58,402 bases of DNA. Source: a virus. Taxonomy: Duplodnaviria > Caudoviricetes. The translations under genes and the position numbers were made by a program. The DNA lies in IMG/VR virus record IMGVR_UViG_3300035701_000037, positions 1-58,402 of that record. One strand, written 5' to 3'. This document shows positions 8,329 through 17,564 of the stretch, in pieces. The notes under the pieces are model-generated. The model worked only from the letters and a program-made list of their open reading frames with translations. It searched no databases and was not told the origin of the DNA. Position 1 is the stretch's first letter. Every line of letters begins with the position of its first letter.

Positions 8329-9431
8329 CTGAAAAGCCTAGCAAACCGGCCGGGGTGACTCTACCGGTCAAATTGAATCAGGCCGTGCAGACCCTGGACC
8401 TGACTCCGGTCGCCGACAAAGTGAATCTGCTCGGCCCGCGGGGAGTTGTCCACGCTGGCACCGGCCTGCGGCTCTGGGCAACGATGGTAACACTATCCCC
8501 GATCCCCGATGACGAGGACGTATATCCGGCTATCGGTCGCCCGGGGAAACTCTCTCTCTCCAAGAAGGGTCTACTGACCCTGTCTTCGTATCGCGGAGTG
8601 GTCTGGAGCGAGGCTCACTCACACGCGCTCAGCGACGCGCCGCCGTGCCAGGCCTGCGTGGAAGTGGCAATTCGGTTGGGCCGACAGGAGCCCCTCTGCT
8701 CGCACAACGTAGGTTTCAAGGCCGTGGCGGCCTGGCTGAGCCCGGCGGGCAACTGGGAGGTCCACTACGGGACCAAATACTGGCTGTGGGACGAGGAGTT
8801 GGCTGAGGTCCAGCGCGTCTACCGCAAACAGATCGCCGAGGGGAAACTGAACGAGGCCCACTTCGATCAGCGAGTCGAGGAGGAGTTTCGGAAGCGTTTC
8901 CGCGATCGGTTGGCGCAAGTGGATACGAAGGCCAAGTTGCGAGTGGTCCGCGAGTTGGGGATAAAGGCCGCCTACACCGCAGCGGAACTGGCCCGGCCAT
9001 TCCTTTGTGTGCGAGTCGAGCCGGATACATCGCCGGAGGAGGTTCGGCGCCGCGGAATGGCGAGCGCGTCGGAGATCTTCGGTGCGAGCCTCACCAGTCT
9101 GCCGGCGCTGCCGGGTGTGGACTTCGCGCGGGCGACGGAGAGCCGGGCCCCCGATGAGGAAGACGAGAATGGCGGCGATGCCGGTCAACCGGAACACGCG
9201 GCCCCTCTCTCCGCTGAGGCCGCCCCAGGACCGGCGCCGCCCGAGCAGCCGGAATTGCCGGCGGAGGGCGGCGAGGCCGTCGTGTGCGAATGCGGCTGCG
9301 GCGAGGTCCTGCCGGATAATATCGTCGCCTACTGCCAGAGCGCCAAGGGTCGCAAGGAGTTCGGCGGCAAGAACCTGTGCTGGGCGAGCCAGGGCCGGAT
9401 GCGCGCGGGCGTGAAGGGTGGCTCGGCATGA
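8325..9431 (+). CDS. hypothetical protein, possibly a recombination/annealing protein by context
   Basis: RBS gggagg; acidic linker and Cys-rich tail; directly upstream of sbcD-sbcC. Confidence 0.6.
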   Translation: MTEKPSKPAGVTLPVKLNQAVQTLDLTPVADKVNLLGPRGVVHAGTGLRLWATMVTLSPIPDDEDVYPAIGRPGKLSLSKKGLLTLSSYRGVVWSEAHSHALSDAPPCQACVEVAIRLGRQEPLCSHNVGFKAVAAWLSPAGNWEVHYGTKYWLWDEELAEVQRVYRKQIAEGKLNEAHFDQRVEEEFRKRFRDRLAQVDTKAKLRVVRELGIKAAYTAAELARPFLCVRVEPDTSPEEVRRRGMASASEIFGASLTSLPALPGVDFARATESRAPDEEDENGGDAGQPEHAAPLSAEAAPGPAPPEQPELPAEGGEAVVCECGCGEVLPDNIVAYCQSAKGRKEFGGKNLCWASQGRMRAGVKGGSA

Positions 9432-9610
9432 GCAAGGCATGGTATTGCTCCGCGGGGATTTTGGCCGGTTGCATTTGGGGAGCGCTTCTGTCTAGGCAAT
9501 TTGGCGACAGGGACGTCGAGTTGGCGGTGGCGACCATCGGCCTGCTCTTCGCGGTGTGGAGTGTCGCCGCGTGGTTCGGGGAGCGGGCCGGGAGGAGGGA
9601 CAGGCGGTGA
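9428..9610 (+). CDS. small two-TM membrane protein
   Basis: Two hydrophobic stretches; ATGA/GTGA overlaps on both sides. Confidence 0.5.
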   Translation: MSKAWYCSAGILAGCIWGALLSRQFGDRDVELAVATIGLLFAVWSVAAWFGERAGRRDRR

Positions 9611-10851
9611 GGATCGCATTTTCGGGCGATTGGCATTTGGGCGCGCAGGGCAGCCGCCTCCATCCCGAGACCGGACTCAATGCGCGGTTAGTGGACCGCG
9701 CGCGTTGCGCGCGCTTTGTCGTCAAAGAGGCGGTGGGGCACGGGGCGGAGATCCTCCTGCATGGCGGCGATGTCTTCGACGGGTGCCGCCCCAGCCCCAG
9801 CGAGGTCCACCTGGCGCGAGATATCATCAGTATGGCGACCAACTCGCGCATCCCGACTCTGCTCCTGCTGGGCAACCATGATGCCCCGCGATCGCCGGCA
9901 GAGAAACACGCGCTCGACCTCGTTGGCGATATGGGGCGGGTCACCATCGTTGATTGGCCCCGCCTGCTCTATTTCCACGAGGTTCAGACTGAGCAGGGAG
10001 ACTCGGCGCTCGAATGCAAGGCGGACCAGGCCGATCTGCAGATTGCTTGTCTCCCTTGGCCTAACAAACAGTTACTGCTGGCCGATGAGGAACACCGGCG
10101 GCTGAGCCCGGGCGATCTCAATCAGGTCGTCTGCGACAAGATGGTGGACATCGCGCGGGGTCTCGCGGCCTCGCGGCTCCCCGGAGTGCCGTCCATTCTG
10201 CTCGGGCATTTCTCCCTCGACATGGCCGAGGCCGGAGGGATGAGCCGGCTCATGGCTCTGGGAGGGGATTGGACGCTCCCGCTGCCGGAGATCCAGGCCT
10301 TGAACTTCGACATGGTATTGCTGGCGCATATCCACAAGCCGCAGGCATGGGGCAGCGACGGCACCGGCGGCCGGCCCGTCATCTACTGCGGCTCGCCCGA
10401 GGCGATGGGATTCGGCGAGGAGGGTGAGGAGAAATCCTTCTGCCTGCTGGAGATCGCGGGCGCGGGAGCGGCGGCCAATGTCGCCTTCGCGCGCGTCCCG
10501 ACTCCTCACACCCGGTTCGTGACGATTGAGATCAAGGCACCGCCAGTCGAACTTTTCACCGAGGAGATCGGAGGCGCATGCATCCGCGTCCGCCTGGCCG
10601 AGGCGATGGCACACGAGGCGGGAGCGATCGCCAAGACACTGCAGGAGGCTGGAGCCAATGAGGTGCGGATCGAAGTGGTGCGCGCGGAAGCCGGCCTGCA
10701 TCGGGCCAGCCAGGTATCTGAGCAGATGGCCGCCGCGGAGGCGATCGAGGCGTGGCTTAAAGAACGGCCGGACCTCGAACCACTGACGGCGGACGTGCTG
10801 GCGGAAGCCCAGGCCGTCGAGACCGCGCTCGGGAAGGGCGGTGGATCATGA
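9607..10851 (+). CDS. sbcD: SbcD/Mre11-like metallophosphoesterase nuclease
   Basis: GDWHLG, GDVFD, GNHD, GH, AHIH motifs. Confidence 0.9.
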   Translation: MRIAFSGDWHLGAQGSRLHPETGLNARLVDRARCARFVVKEAVGHGAEILLHGGDVFDGCRPSPSEVHLARDIISMATNSRIPTLLLLGNHDAPRSPAEKHALDLVGDMGRVTIVDWPRLLYFHEVQTEQGDSALECKADQADLQIACLPWPNKQLLLADEEHRRLSPGDLNQVVCDKMVDIARGLAASRLPGVPSILLGHFSLDMAEAGGMSRLMALGGDWTLPLPEIQALNFDMVLLAHIHKPQAWGSDGTGGRPVIYCGSPEAMGFGEEGEEKSFCLLEIAGAGAAANVAFARVPTPHTRFVTIEIKAPPVELFTEEIGGACIRVRLAEAMAHEAGAIAKTLQEAGANEVRIEVVRAEAGLHRASQVSEQMAAAEAIEAWLKERPDLEPLTADVLAEAQAVETALGKGGGS

Positions 10852-13166
10852 CGCCCCGGAGGTTGGTGATCTTCAACTTTCTGAGTTACGAGGGAGACCA
10901 CGCGATCGAGCTTGAGGGCATCAATCTGGCCGTCCTCAGCGGCCAGAACGGGGCGGGCAAATCGAGTTTGATTGATGGGGTGCGGTTTGCGCTGTTCGGA
11001 TACGCGCGAGCCGACCTCGACGGCATGATCACGCAAGGCGAGCAGGCCTGTCGGGTAGAGTTCACCTTCGCCCTGGGCAATGAGATTTACATGGTCTCTC
11101 GCCAGCGGAACCGTAAGGGCGGGGGCACCACCCTACTGTCATTTCAACTCCTCGATCCCGCCGGCGCTATAGTGCTCGATGGGAAGACGGCGACGGAGAC
11201 CCAGGCCAAGATCGAGGGCGTCCTGGGCATGAATGATGAGCTGTTCTGCACCACGGCATGTGCGAACCAGGGGAACGCGGCCGCATTCAGCCAATCGAAG
11301 CCAGCCGAGCGCAAGCAGGTCCTCGCCGAAATCCTGAACCTAGAGGCGTGGGAACGGCGGGCCGAACGTGGCCGCCAGATCCACCGTGATCTGACCAATC
11401 AGACAGAGGCCGGCCGGGCGCGGCTTTCAGAACTGCTCGAGCAAGCGAATCAGATCGAAATCATCGCCGCCGAGATCGCGCGGCTGCTGGCAGACCAGCG
11501 GCAGCGCGAGGAGGCTATCGCCGCAAAGGAATCAGAACTCGCCGAAGCACAGGAGGCGCGGGCGAACATTCTCCGCGACCAAGAAGCCGACCGCGCCCGG
11601 CGGGCCGATCTGGCGGACGTAGAGAAGCGGCTCGCGACTCTCGACAAGGCGATCGCCGAGGCCGAAAGCCGGGCGAAGGGACTGCGGCAGGCCGCCGCCA
11701 GCAAGCCAAAACTCCTCGCGGAGTTGCGCCTGGCCGAAGAAGCGCAGACCGCCGCCCAGGAGATGGAGGCCAAGCGGCAGGAATCGATCGAATTGAAGCA
11801 TGAGGCCGATCTGGCACAGCAGAGATATGATGCCATGGTCCAGCAGCACAGAGTGGCTGTGGCGGCTGCAAACGAACGCATCACGCGGCTGCGGACAATG
11901 CACGAGCATGAGATCAGAGCTGCGGAGGACCGAATTGTGCTCTTGACAAAGCAGGCCGAGGTCCTCGATCGGGTGCCGTGTACGAGACTGCCGGATATAG
12001 GCATAGGCGAGGATGGCGCTGCTGCAGTTGAGGCCATTGCCGACCACTTCATGGAGACGCCGTGCCCGCTACTGGCCCAGGCCCGCACCGCGTCGGAGGA
12101 TCTGCCCGCCCTCAAAAACGACCTGAAGACCCTTCGGGAGCGGCAGTCCTGGGCCCAGGATGAGGCCGATCTCAAGGTGCTGGTCGGCGAACAACCAGGC
12201 GCGAAAGAGAACGCAGCTCTCGCCGAGATCCTCCGCCGGATGAAAGCACTTGGCTATGATTCGCAGGCCCACAATGAACTAAAGGCCAAGGGGGCTGGCG
12301 CTGTGAAGGTGCGGGATGCACTCAGCGGGGCTGAGCGTGCGGAGGCGCAAGCCCTTGAGGTCGAGACCGGCCTGGCCGGCCGGAAGGTCGAGCGGGACGA
12401 TCTCGACGCAACCCGGGGCATCCTGGCGCAAGAGTTGGGCGCACCCCGGCAGTGGGATGCGCTACTGGCGGCGGCCGGCAGGCAAATCGAGGCCGTCCAG
12501 ACGGCCCTCGGCGGGTTCCAGCAATCCCTGCGCATACTCGAGCAGCAGCGCGGCGGGTCGGACTTGCAATTGAGGCAGGCCAAGCGGGCAAAGGAAGACG
12601 CGAAGAAGCTCGCGGACGAGTTGTCCGGATCGGAGCGGCGATTGCTGGCCCTCAAAATCCTGGTCGAGGCTTGCAGCAAAGCCGGAGTGCCAGCATTGCT
12701 CATCGAGCGGGCGGTCCCGGACCTCGAGGCCGCCGCAAATGGGGTCCTGGAGGTGCTCAGCGATGGCCAGATGAGCCTGCGCCTGGAGACCTTGCGCGAG
12801 ACCCAGGAGGGCAGGCTCAAGGAGACACTCGAGCTGATGATCGCCACCCAGCGGGGCGAGCGACCATACGAAAGTTACAGCGGGGGAGAGGCCATGCGCG
12901 TGGACATGGCCATCCGCATCGGGCTTTCGACATTGCTGGCGCACAGGGCAGGGGCGCGCTGCGAGCTGCTGGTTCTCGACGAGACGGCAGCCCCCCTGGA
13001 TGCTGAGGGGCGAGCGCTTTTCGCCGAGGGTCTGCAGCGCATCGCCGGCCGGTTCGGATGCATCCTGGTCGTGACCCACGTGGAGGAATTCAAAGACCTG
13101 TTCCCATGCCGCATCGAGGTCACGAAGGACGAGGCTGGCAGCCACGCGGAGGTAATAGCGGCATGA
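10848..13166 (+). CDS. sbcC: SbcC/Rad50-like SMC ATPase
   Basis: Walker A GQNGAGKS, long coiled coil, signature YSGGE, Walker B LLVLDE, H-loop VVTH. Confidence 0.92.
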   Translation: MTPRRLVIFNFLSYEGDHAIELEGINLAVLSGQNGAGKSSLIDGVRFALFGYARADLDGMITQGEQACRVEFTFALGNEIYMVSRQRNRKGGGTTLLSFQLLDPAGAIVLDGKTATETQAKIEGVLGMNDELFCTTACANQGNAAAFSQSKPAERKQVLAEILNLEAWERRAERGRQIHRDLTNQTEAGRARLSELLEQANQIEIIAAEIARLLADQRQREEAIAAKESELAEAQEARANILRDQEADRARRADLADVEKRLATLDKAIAEAESRAKGLRQAAASKPKLLAELRLAEEAQTAAQEMEAKRQESIELKHEADLAQQRYDAMVQQHRVAVAAANERITRLRTMHEHEIRAAEDRIVLLTKQAEVLDRVPCTRLPDIGIGEDGAAAVEAIADHFMETPCPLLAQARTASEDLPALKNDLKTLRERQSWAQDEADLKVLVGEQPGAKENAALAEILRRMKALGYDSQAHNELKAKGAGAVKVRDALSGAERAEAQALEVETGLAGRKVERDDLDATRGILAQELGAPRQWDALLAAAGRQIEAVQTALGGFQQSLRILEQQRGGSDLQLRQAKRAKEDAKKLADELSGSERRLLALKILVEACSKAGVPALLIERAVPDLEAAANGVLEVLSDGQMSLRLETLRETQEGRLKETLELMIATQRGERPYESYSGGEAMRVDMAIRIGLSTLLAHRAGARCELLVLDETAAPLDAEGRALFAEGLQRIAGRFGCILVVTHVEEFKDLFPCRIEVTKDEAGSHAEVIAA

Positions 13167-13456
13167 TCACCGTGATCTGCAAGAGGATTGCGGACCTACC
13201 TCAGGCCTCAGTGGCCTCGGGCAGGGAAACTTGTGCGCGGTGCGGCGCACCGGTCTCGGTTCACAATGTGCTGACCCACGATCGCGCGGTCTGCGACCAC
13301 TGCGCCCCGCATGTCCTACCGCTGGGGGCGAAGACAATCTCGCCACCCGAGCAGCAGGCAGAACTGACCAGGCACGGCTTAACCAACCGAGAAGTGCACA
13401 GGCTGCTAGGGCGTTATCGCAGAGACATTGAGGCCGCGATCAGGAGGCGGAATTGA
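13163..13456 (+). CDS. small Zn-finger protein
   Basis: CARC...CDHC. Confidence 0.5.
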   Translation: MITVICKRIADLPQASVASGRETCARCGAPVSVHNVLTHDRAVCDHCAPHVLPLGAKTISPPEQQAELTRHGLTNREVHRLLGRYRRDIEAAIRRRN

Positions 13457-13698
13457 TGGCCACCCTGGAACCGATCTGCGCCAAGTGCCGGCGGACGATG
13501 GTCTGCGTGAAGAACAACTTCCTGGTCGCCGATCCTGAAAGCGGACCTTTCCCGAGCACTTTCTGGTATGGCGACAAGTGGGAGTGCCCGGACTGCGGCG
13601 CCGAGATTGTCGTTGGTTTCGGCGGGCCGCTGTCGCGTCCCACGTTGGAGCCGGACGAGCAGCCGCTGGTCTTTGAGTACAAAGGCAGAGAAGCATGA
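13456..13698 (+). CDS. small Zn-ribbon protein
   Basis: CAKC...ECPDCG. Confidence 0.6.
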   Translation: MATLEPICAKCRRTMVCVKNNFLVADPESGPFPSTFWYGDKWECPDCGAEIVVGFGGPLSRPTLEPDEQPLVFEYKGREA

Positions 13699-13918
13699 TC
13701 GCGGAGTGCGAGGAGCTGGCAAGTCAGTTGAGCCGCGGGAAGTGACCAAGCAGGCCTGCTGGTGGATGAGGACCATCGGCTACGACGAGTATGAATGCGA
13801 ACTATCCGGCGTGAGTGTAGATGAGGACTGTGGGGCGAGCGGCGAGGGCACCTGCATACCCAGGATCGCGCTTCACCGGCGGCGCGGGATGCCGACGACC
13901 CCTATCTCAGGGAGGATG

Positions 13919-14311
13919 ATGGAGATGGCAGTTGAGCAGACAGAAGCCAAGATCGCAGAGAAAGTGGAGATCGGCGCGTTGCCGATCGAGGCGGCAGCCG
14001 ATCGAGAGATCGAGGCCCTGGTTGCCAAGGGGCGCGCGGAATTGATAGCCAGGAAACGCTGGCGCCGCAGGGTCCCGATCCTGCAGCGGAAGCGCGATGC
14101 CTTGCTGAGCAAAATCGCGGCGCTAACACAGGACGCGGAGGCGATGAACCAGTCCATCCAGGCCATCAAGGACGGCAAGGGCCTGGCGGCCGGCCCTGGC
14201 CCCCTGCCTGGGCGCCCGGGCGGGAGCATGAGCCCGGAGAGGCGCGCAAAGATCAGCGCCGGGCGCCGCCGCGCCCTGGCGCGCAAGAAACGAGAGGCGA
14301 AAGAACAGTGA
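13919..14311 (+). CDS. coiled-coil protein with basic C-terminal motif (start uncertain)
   Basis: GGAGG RBS; MSPERRAKISAGRRRALARKK. Confidence 0.5.
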   Translation: MEMAVEQTEAKIAEKVEIGALPIEAAADREIEALVAKGRAELIARKRWRRRVPILQRKRDALLSKIAALTQDAEAMNQSIQAIKDGKGLAAGPGPLPGRPGGSMSPERRAKISAGRRRALARKKREAKEQ

Positions 14312-14487
14312 CCATTGGCGGGCGGTGGAGTCATGAGTGCGCTTCTCAGGATTGGGAGCGCTTCGCTCAGGAGGCTTTCTCCCCCCTTCGGCCTCCTCCG
14401 GTCCGGCGGGTCCACCACGGCGCGGCAGACGCCAGGCTCTGCCGGCCGGCCCGCCCGCCTTTATCTCACGATTTCAAGGAGGTCTTT

Positions 14488-16416
14488 ATGAGGGCTGCTA
14501 TAGCATCTGATGTGAAGGCTGAGTTTCTTACGCTGCCGCTGGCCGCTCTGCAGGAATCGCCCACGAACCCGAGGAGCCACGTGGACCAGGCGGCGCTCAA
14601 GGAATTGATCGAGAGCATCAAAGCCCAGGGCGTACTCGTCCCTCTGCTGGTGCGGGCCACGGACAGAGTGGGGCTCCAGAAGGACGGCCGCGATGGCCGG
14701 TTGTATGAAGTTGTCTGCGGCTCGCGCCGCCACACCGCTGCAAAGGCGGTGGGACTCGAGGGGGTCCCGGTCCGCGTCTGCAATTTCACCGACGAGCAGG
14801 TGATGGAAGTGCAGATTATCGAGAACCTGCAGCGGCAGGACGTCCACCCGCTCGACGAAGCCCAGGGCTACTTGCGCCTGATGAAAAGCGGCCGGTACGA
14901 TGCGACCGGCCTGGCGGCGAAGGTCGGGCGATCGGAGACCTACATCCATCGGCGTCTGAAACTCTGTGCGCTGATCGAGCCGGCGCAGAAGGCGCTCTGG
15001 GCAGATAAGATCAATGTCGCCCAGGCCGAGTTGATCGCCCGGTTGCAGGCCGGCGATCAGAAGAAGGTCCTCGACTTCGCGACCACGCGGACCAACTGCA
15101 CCACTGCGGTACTGGAGCAATGGATTGCCTCGAATGTGCTCCTGCGCCTGCGCGAGGCGCCGTTTGACAAGGCGGATGGCGGCTCCCCCGGTGCGAAGCC
15201 CGGGGCGTGCAACGAATGTCCGAAAAGAACGAGCGCGGCGCCCCTACTTTTCCCCGAGGTGGGGCGCGATGATCGCTGCACCGACCCGGGCTGCTGGCAG
15301 GCGAAGATCGAGGCGCACATCGGCAGGATCACCAGCGAGGACGACGCCGGCAGGCCCAAGGTCCTGCGGCTCTCCGGAGACTACGAGTATGCCAAGCAGA
15401 CGCCGGATGGGGTTCTCGGCAACGATAAGTGGCGGGTAATTTCGCGCAAGGCCGATGCCTGCGAGCACGCCACGAAGGGCATCATCGTCAAGGGCTACAA
15501 CCTGGGCAAGCTGATCACTGTCTGCGCCGAGCCGACCTGCAAGGTTCACCACCGCGGGGGCGGCGGGTATCAGCGCAGCCCGGCGGAACTCGCGGCCGAG
15601 AAGAAACGCAAATTACAGACGCGGATTGACGCGGAGGTGGAGAACCGGATTCGCGCGGCCATCGCCGAGAATGCGGGCGACCGGATGACGGTTCAGCACA
15701 TCCTCCTGTGGGGTCAGAGTATCGCGGCGGGTCTGCCCTACGACGCGGCAAAGCGGTTGTGCGAACGCCACGAACTCAAACCGTTGAAGACGAAATGGGG
15801 TGGCGCCGACCACGGTGGCGCTCTGGCGAACCGGCTGGATGCGTTGCATGAGAAACTGCCGAGCGCCGTGACCGAGATGGCGCTCGCGACGATGAGCGCC
15901 GACCACTTGAGAGAGGCCGCGGCGGAATGGGACATCGAGCCTGCCGAGATCCGCAACGCCGTTACCGCGGAACTGACTCCCAAGCCGAAACCGGAAGCCA
16001 AGGCGAAAGCGAAGTCGAAAAGCAGGGGCTGGGGCGCATCCGCCCCGGAATCTGCCCGGTCACGGCAGCGGACAAAGAAGAAGGCCAAAGCCGAGCCCGC
16101 ATGCGTCAAGTGCGGCTGCACGGAAGCCAATGCCTGCATGGACGTGAGGACTGGGGCGCCCTGTGGTTGGGTGCCGGCAGATCAAATCCCCGAAGGGATG
16201 GAAGGCCCTCTATGTTCGGCCTGCCTGGTGGCGGCGCGAGAGCGAACAAAGCGCGATCGGAAGAAGCCGAAACCGAAGGCGAAACCGACCTGGGAATGGC
16301 CAGCCGGCAAAGCGACCGCCAAGTCCGCCCGCAAGAAAGCGGGAAAGAAACAGGCAGCGCCGGCGCCCGACAATGGCGACAACCGAGGCTCGACAGAGCC
16401 CGGAAAGGAGCGATAG
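14488..16416 (+). CDS. parB: ParB/Spo0J family protein with long C-terminal extension
   Basis: SPTNPR, LIESIKAQGVLVPLLVR, GSRR, IIENLQRQDVHPLDEA, HTH; RBS aaggagg. Confidence 0.88.
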   Translation: MRAAIASDVKAEFLTLPLAALQESPTNPRSHVDQAALKELIESIKAQGVLVPLLVRATDRVGLQKDGRDGRLYEVVCGSRRHTAAKAVGLEGVPVRVCNFTDEQVMEVQIIENLQRQDVHPLDEAQGYLRLMKSGRYDATGLAAKVGRSETYIHRRLKLCALIEPAQKALWADKINVAQAELIARLQAGDQKKVLDFATTRTNCTTAVLEQWIASNVLLRLREAPFDKADGGSPGAKPGACNECPKRTSAAPLLFPEVGRDDRCTDPGCWQAKIEAHIGRITSEDDAGRPKVLRLSGDYEYAKQTPDGVLGNDKWRVISRKADACEHATKGIIVKGYNLGKLITVCAEPTCKVHHRGGGGYQRSPAELAAEKKRKLQTRIDAEVENRIRAAIAENAGDRMTVQHILLWGQSIAAGLPYDAAKRLCERHELKPLKTKWGGADHGGALANRLDALHEKLPSAVTEMALATMSADHLREAAAEWDIEPAEIRNAVTAELTPKPKPEAKAKAKSKSRGWGASAPESARSRQRTKKKAKAEPACVKCGCTEANACMDVRTGAPCGWVPADQIPEGMEGPLCSACLVAARERTKRDRKKPKPKAKPTWEWPAGKATAKSARKKAGKKQAAPAPDNGDNRGSTEPGKER

Positions 16417-16419
16417 GAA

Positions 16420-16695
16420 ATGGCCATGGAGGTTGTGTTTTCAGCGAAGGTGCACGATGTGAATATCAAGGTCGTAGATGTGGGCAAGGATGCATTGCCC
16501 ACCCTTGCCGTGAACCTGGTCAACCGGGGCAGCGAATGTATCACCGATGCCCAGGACCTGCTGAACCTGCTCGGCAAGCGCGTAATCGTGACCCTGGTCC
16601 AGGAGCAGGGCGACCTGCCGTTCGACCAGGGCGGCGGCGAGGCGCAGGCGGAGATCCCCGCTGCTGCCGGGTCCGAGGAAGGCAACCCCGATTGA
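16420..16695 (+). CDS. hypothetical protein
   Basis: Operon packing; acidic tail. Confidence 0.55.
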   Translation: MAMEVVFSAKVHDVNIKVVDVGKDALPTLAVNLVNRGSECITDAQDLLNLLGKRVIVTLVQEQGDLPFDQGGGEAQAEIPAAAGSEEGNPD

Positions 16696-16928
16696 TGACC
16701 AGGCCGATTCCCAAATGCCGGTTCTGCGGCAAGGACCTGCGGCGCAGCAAGCGGCGCATTATCATCGAGGAGGGGCAGCGCGGAGAACGGGTCCGGTGGG
16801 CTTGCTGCGGTAGCGCCAAATGCCTCGATGAGTTTGCCTCTTGCGGCCGGATCCCGGGCATGCCGGGGTTCGGCATCCTGGTCCTTGGCGCAACCAAGGA
16901 TGCGGCCGCGGCCAGGAGGCGCAGATGA
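16695..16928 (+). CDS. small Zn-finger protein ending in an 18-aa copy of major capsid sequence
   Basis: CRFC...CCGSAKC then PGMPGFGILVLGATKDAA; start and stop overlap both neighbours. Confidence 0.6.
   Translation: MTRPIPKCRFCGKDLRRSKRRIIIEEGQRGERVRWACCGSAKCLDEFASCGRIPGMPGFGILVLGATKDAAAARRRR
16852..16908 (+). repeat. 57-bp direct repeat of 38514-38570 (major capsid gene), 55/57 identical
   Basis: tcccgggcatgccggggttcggcatcctggt(c/g)cttggcgcaaccaaggatgc(g/a)gccg. Confidence 0.95.
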
Positions 16929-17200
16929 GCGCCGGCGTCATGGATCTGGAGATCGTCCAGGCCGATGGCGCGACCTGGTTCGAGTTCACCTGGCTGGGGC
17001 GCGGCGACGAGTGGCGCGAGGCCCTGGATCTGCTGAAGCAGTGGATCCCGCCAGCAGCCAGGTCGTTCGATCCGGAGACCAGGCGATGGCGAGTCCGCGG
17101 CGATTACGAGCCCGGGCTCTGCCAGATCTTCGGCAACTTCGCGGCGGCGCTGGATGCAGTGCGCAGCCAACTGAATCTGTTCGGCGGAGGGGCATCATGA
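16925..17200 (+). CDS. hypothetical protein (HARP-like motif)
   Basis: LKQWIPPAARSFDPETRRWRV; RBS aggagg. Confidence 0.55.
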   Translation: MSAGVMDLEIVQADGATWFEFTWLGRGDEWREALDLLKQWIPPAARSFDPETRRWRVRGDYEPGLCQIFGNFAAALDAVRSQLNLFGGGAS

Positions 17201-17490
17201 GCAAATGGATCGCGGCGAGATGGGAGGGGATCGTATTCGGCGGCGCGGGCATCATCGCCATGGCCTACGTCTTCGGCTATGTGCTGTGGCAATTCCTGAA
17301 CTTCATCTGGGGCCCGGGCCCCGCATGGGCAGTGACCCTGGGCGTCTGGATCGGCCCGGCCGCCGGATTCGTCGTTGGGCGATATCCGCTCCGCGGTTGC
17401 CCCGGATGCAAATCGCGCGAGGCGGTGATGCGGATGCTGTACCTGAGATTACACGATGATCCCGTGCGGGAGGTGACGAAAGTGACATAG
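17197..17490 (+). CDS. membrane protein
   Basis: Two hydrophobic helices, then CPGC. Confidence 0.55.
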   Translation: MSKWIAARWEGIVFGGAGIIAMAYVFGYVLWQFLNFIWGPGPAWAVTLGVWIGPAAGFVVGRYPLRGCPGCKSREAVMRMLYLRLHDDPVREVTKVT

Positions 17491-17564
17491 GCACAACCCC
17501 AGAGATACAAGACCAATCCCCGGCACGATAATGATGGACCGTCGACGCGCGAGAGGATGCAATC

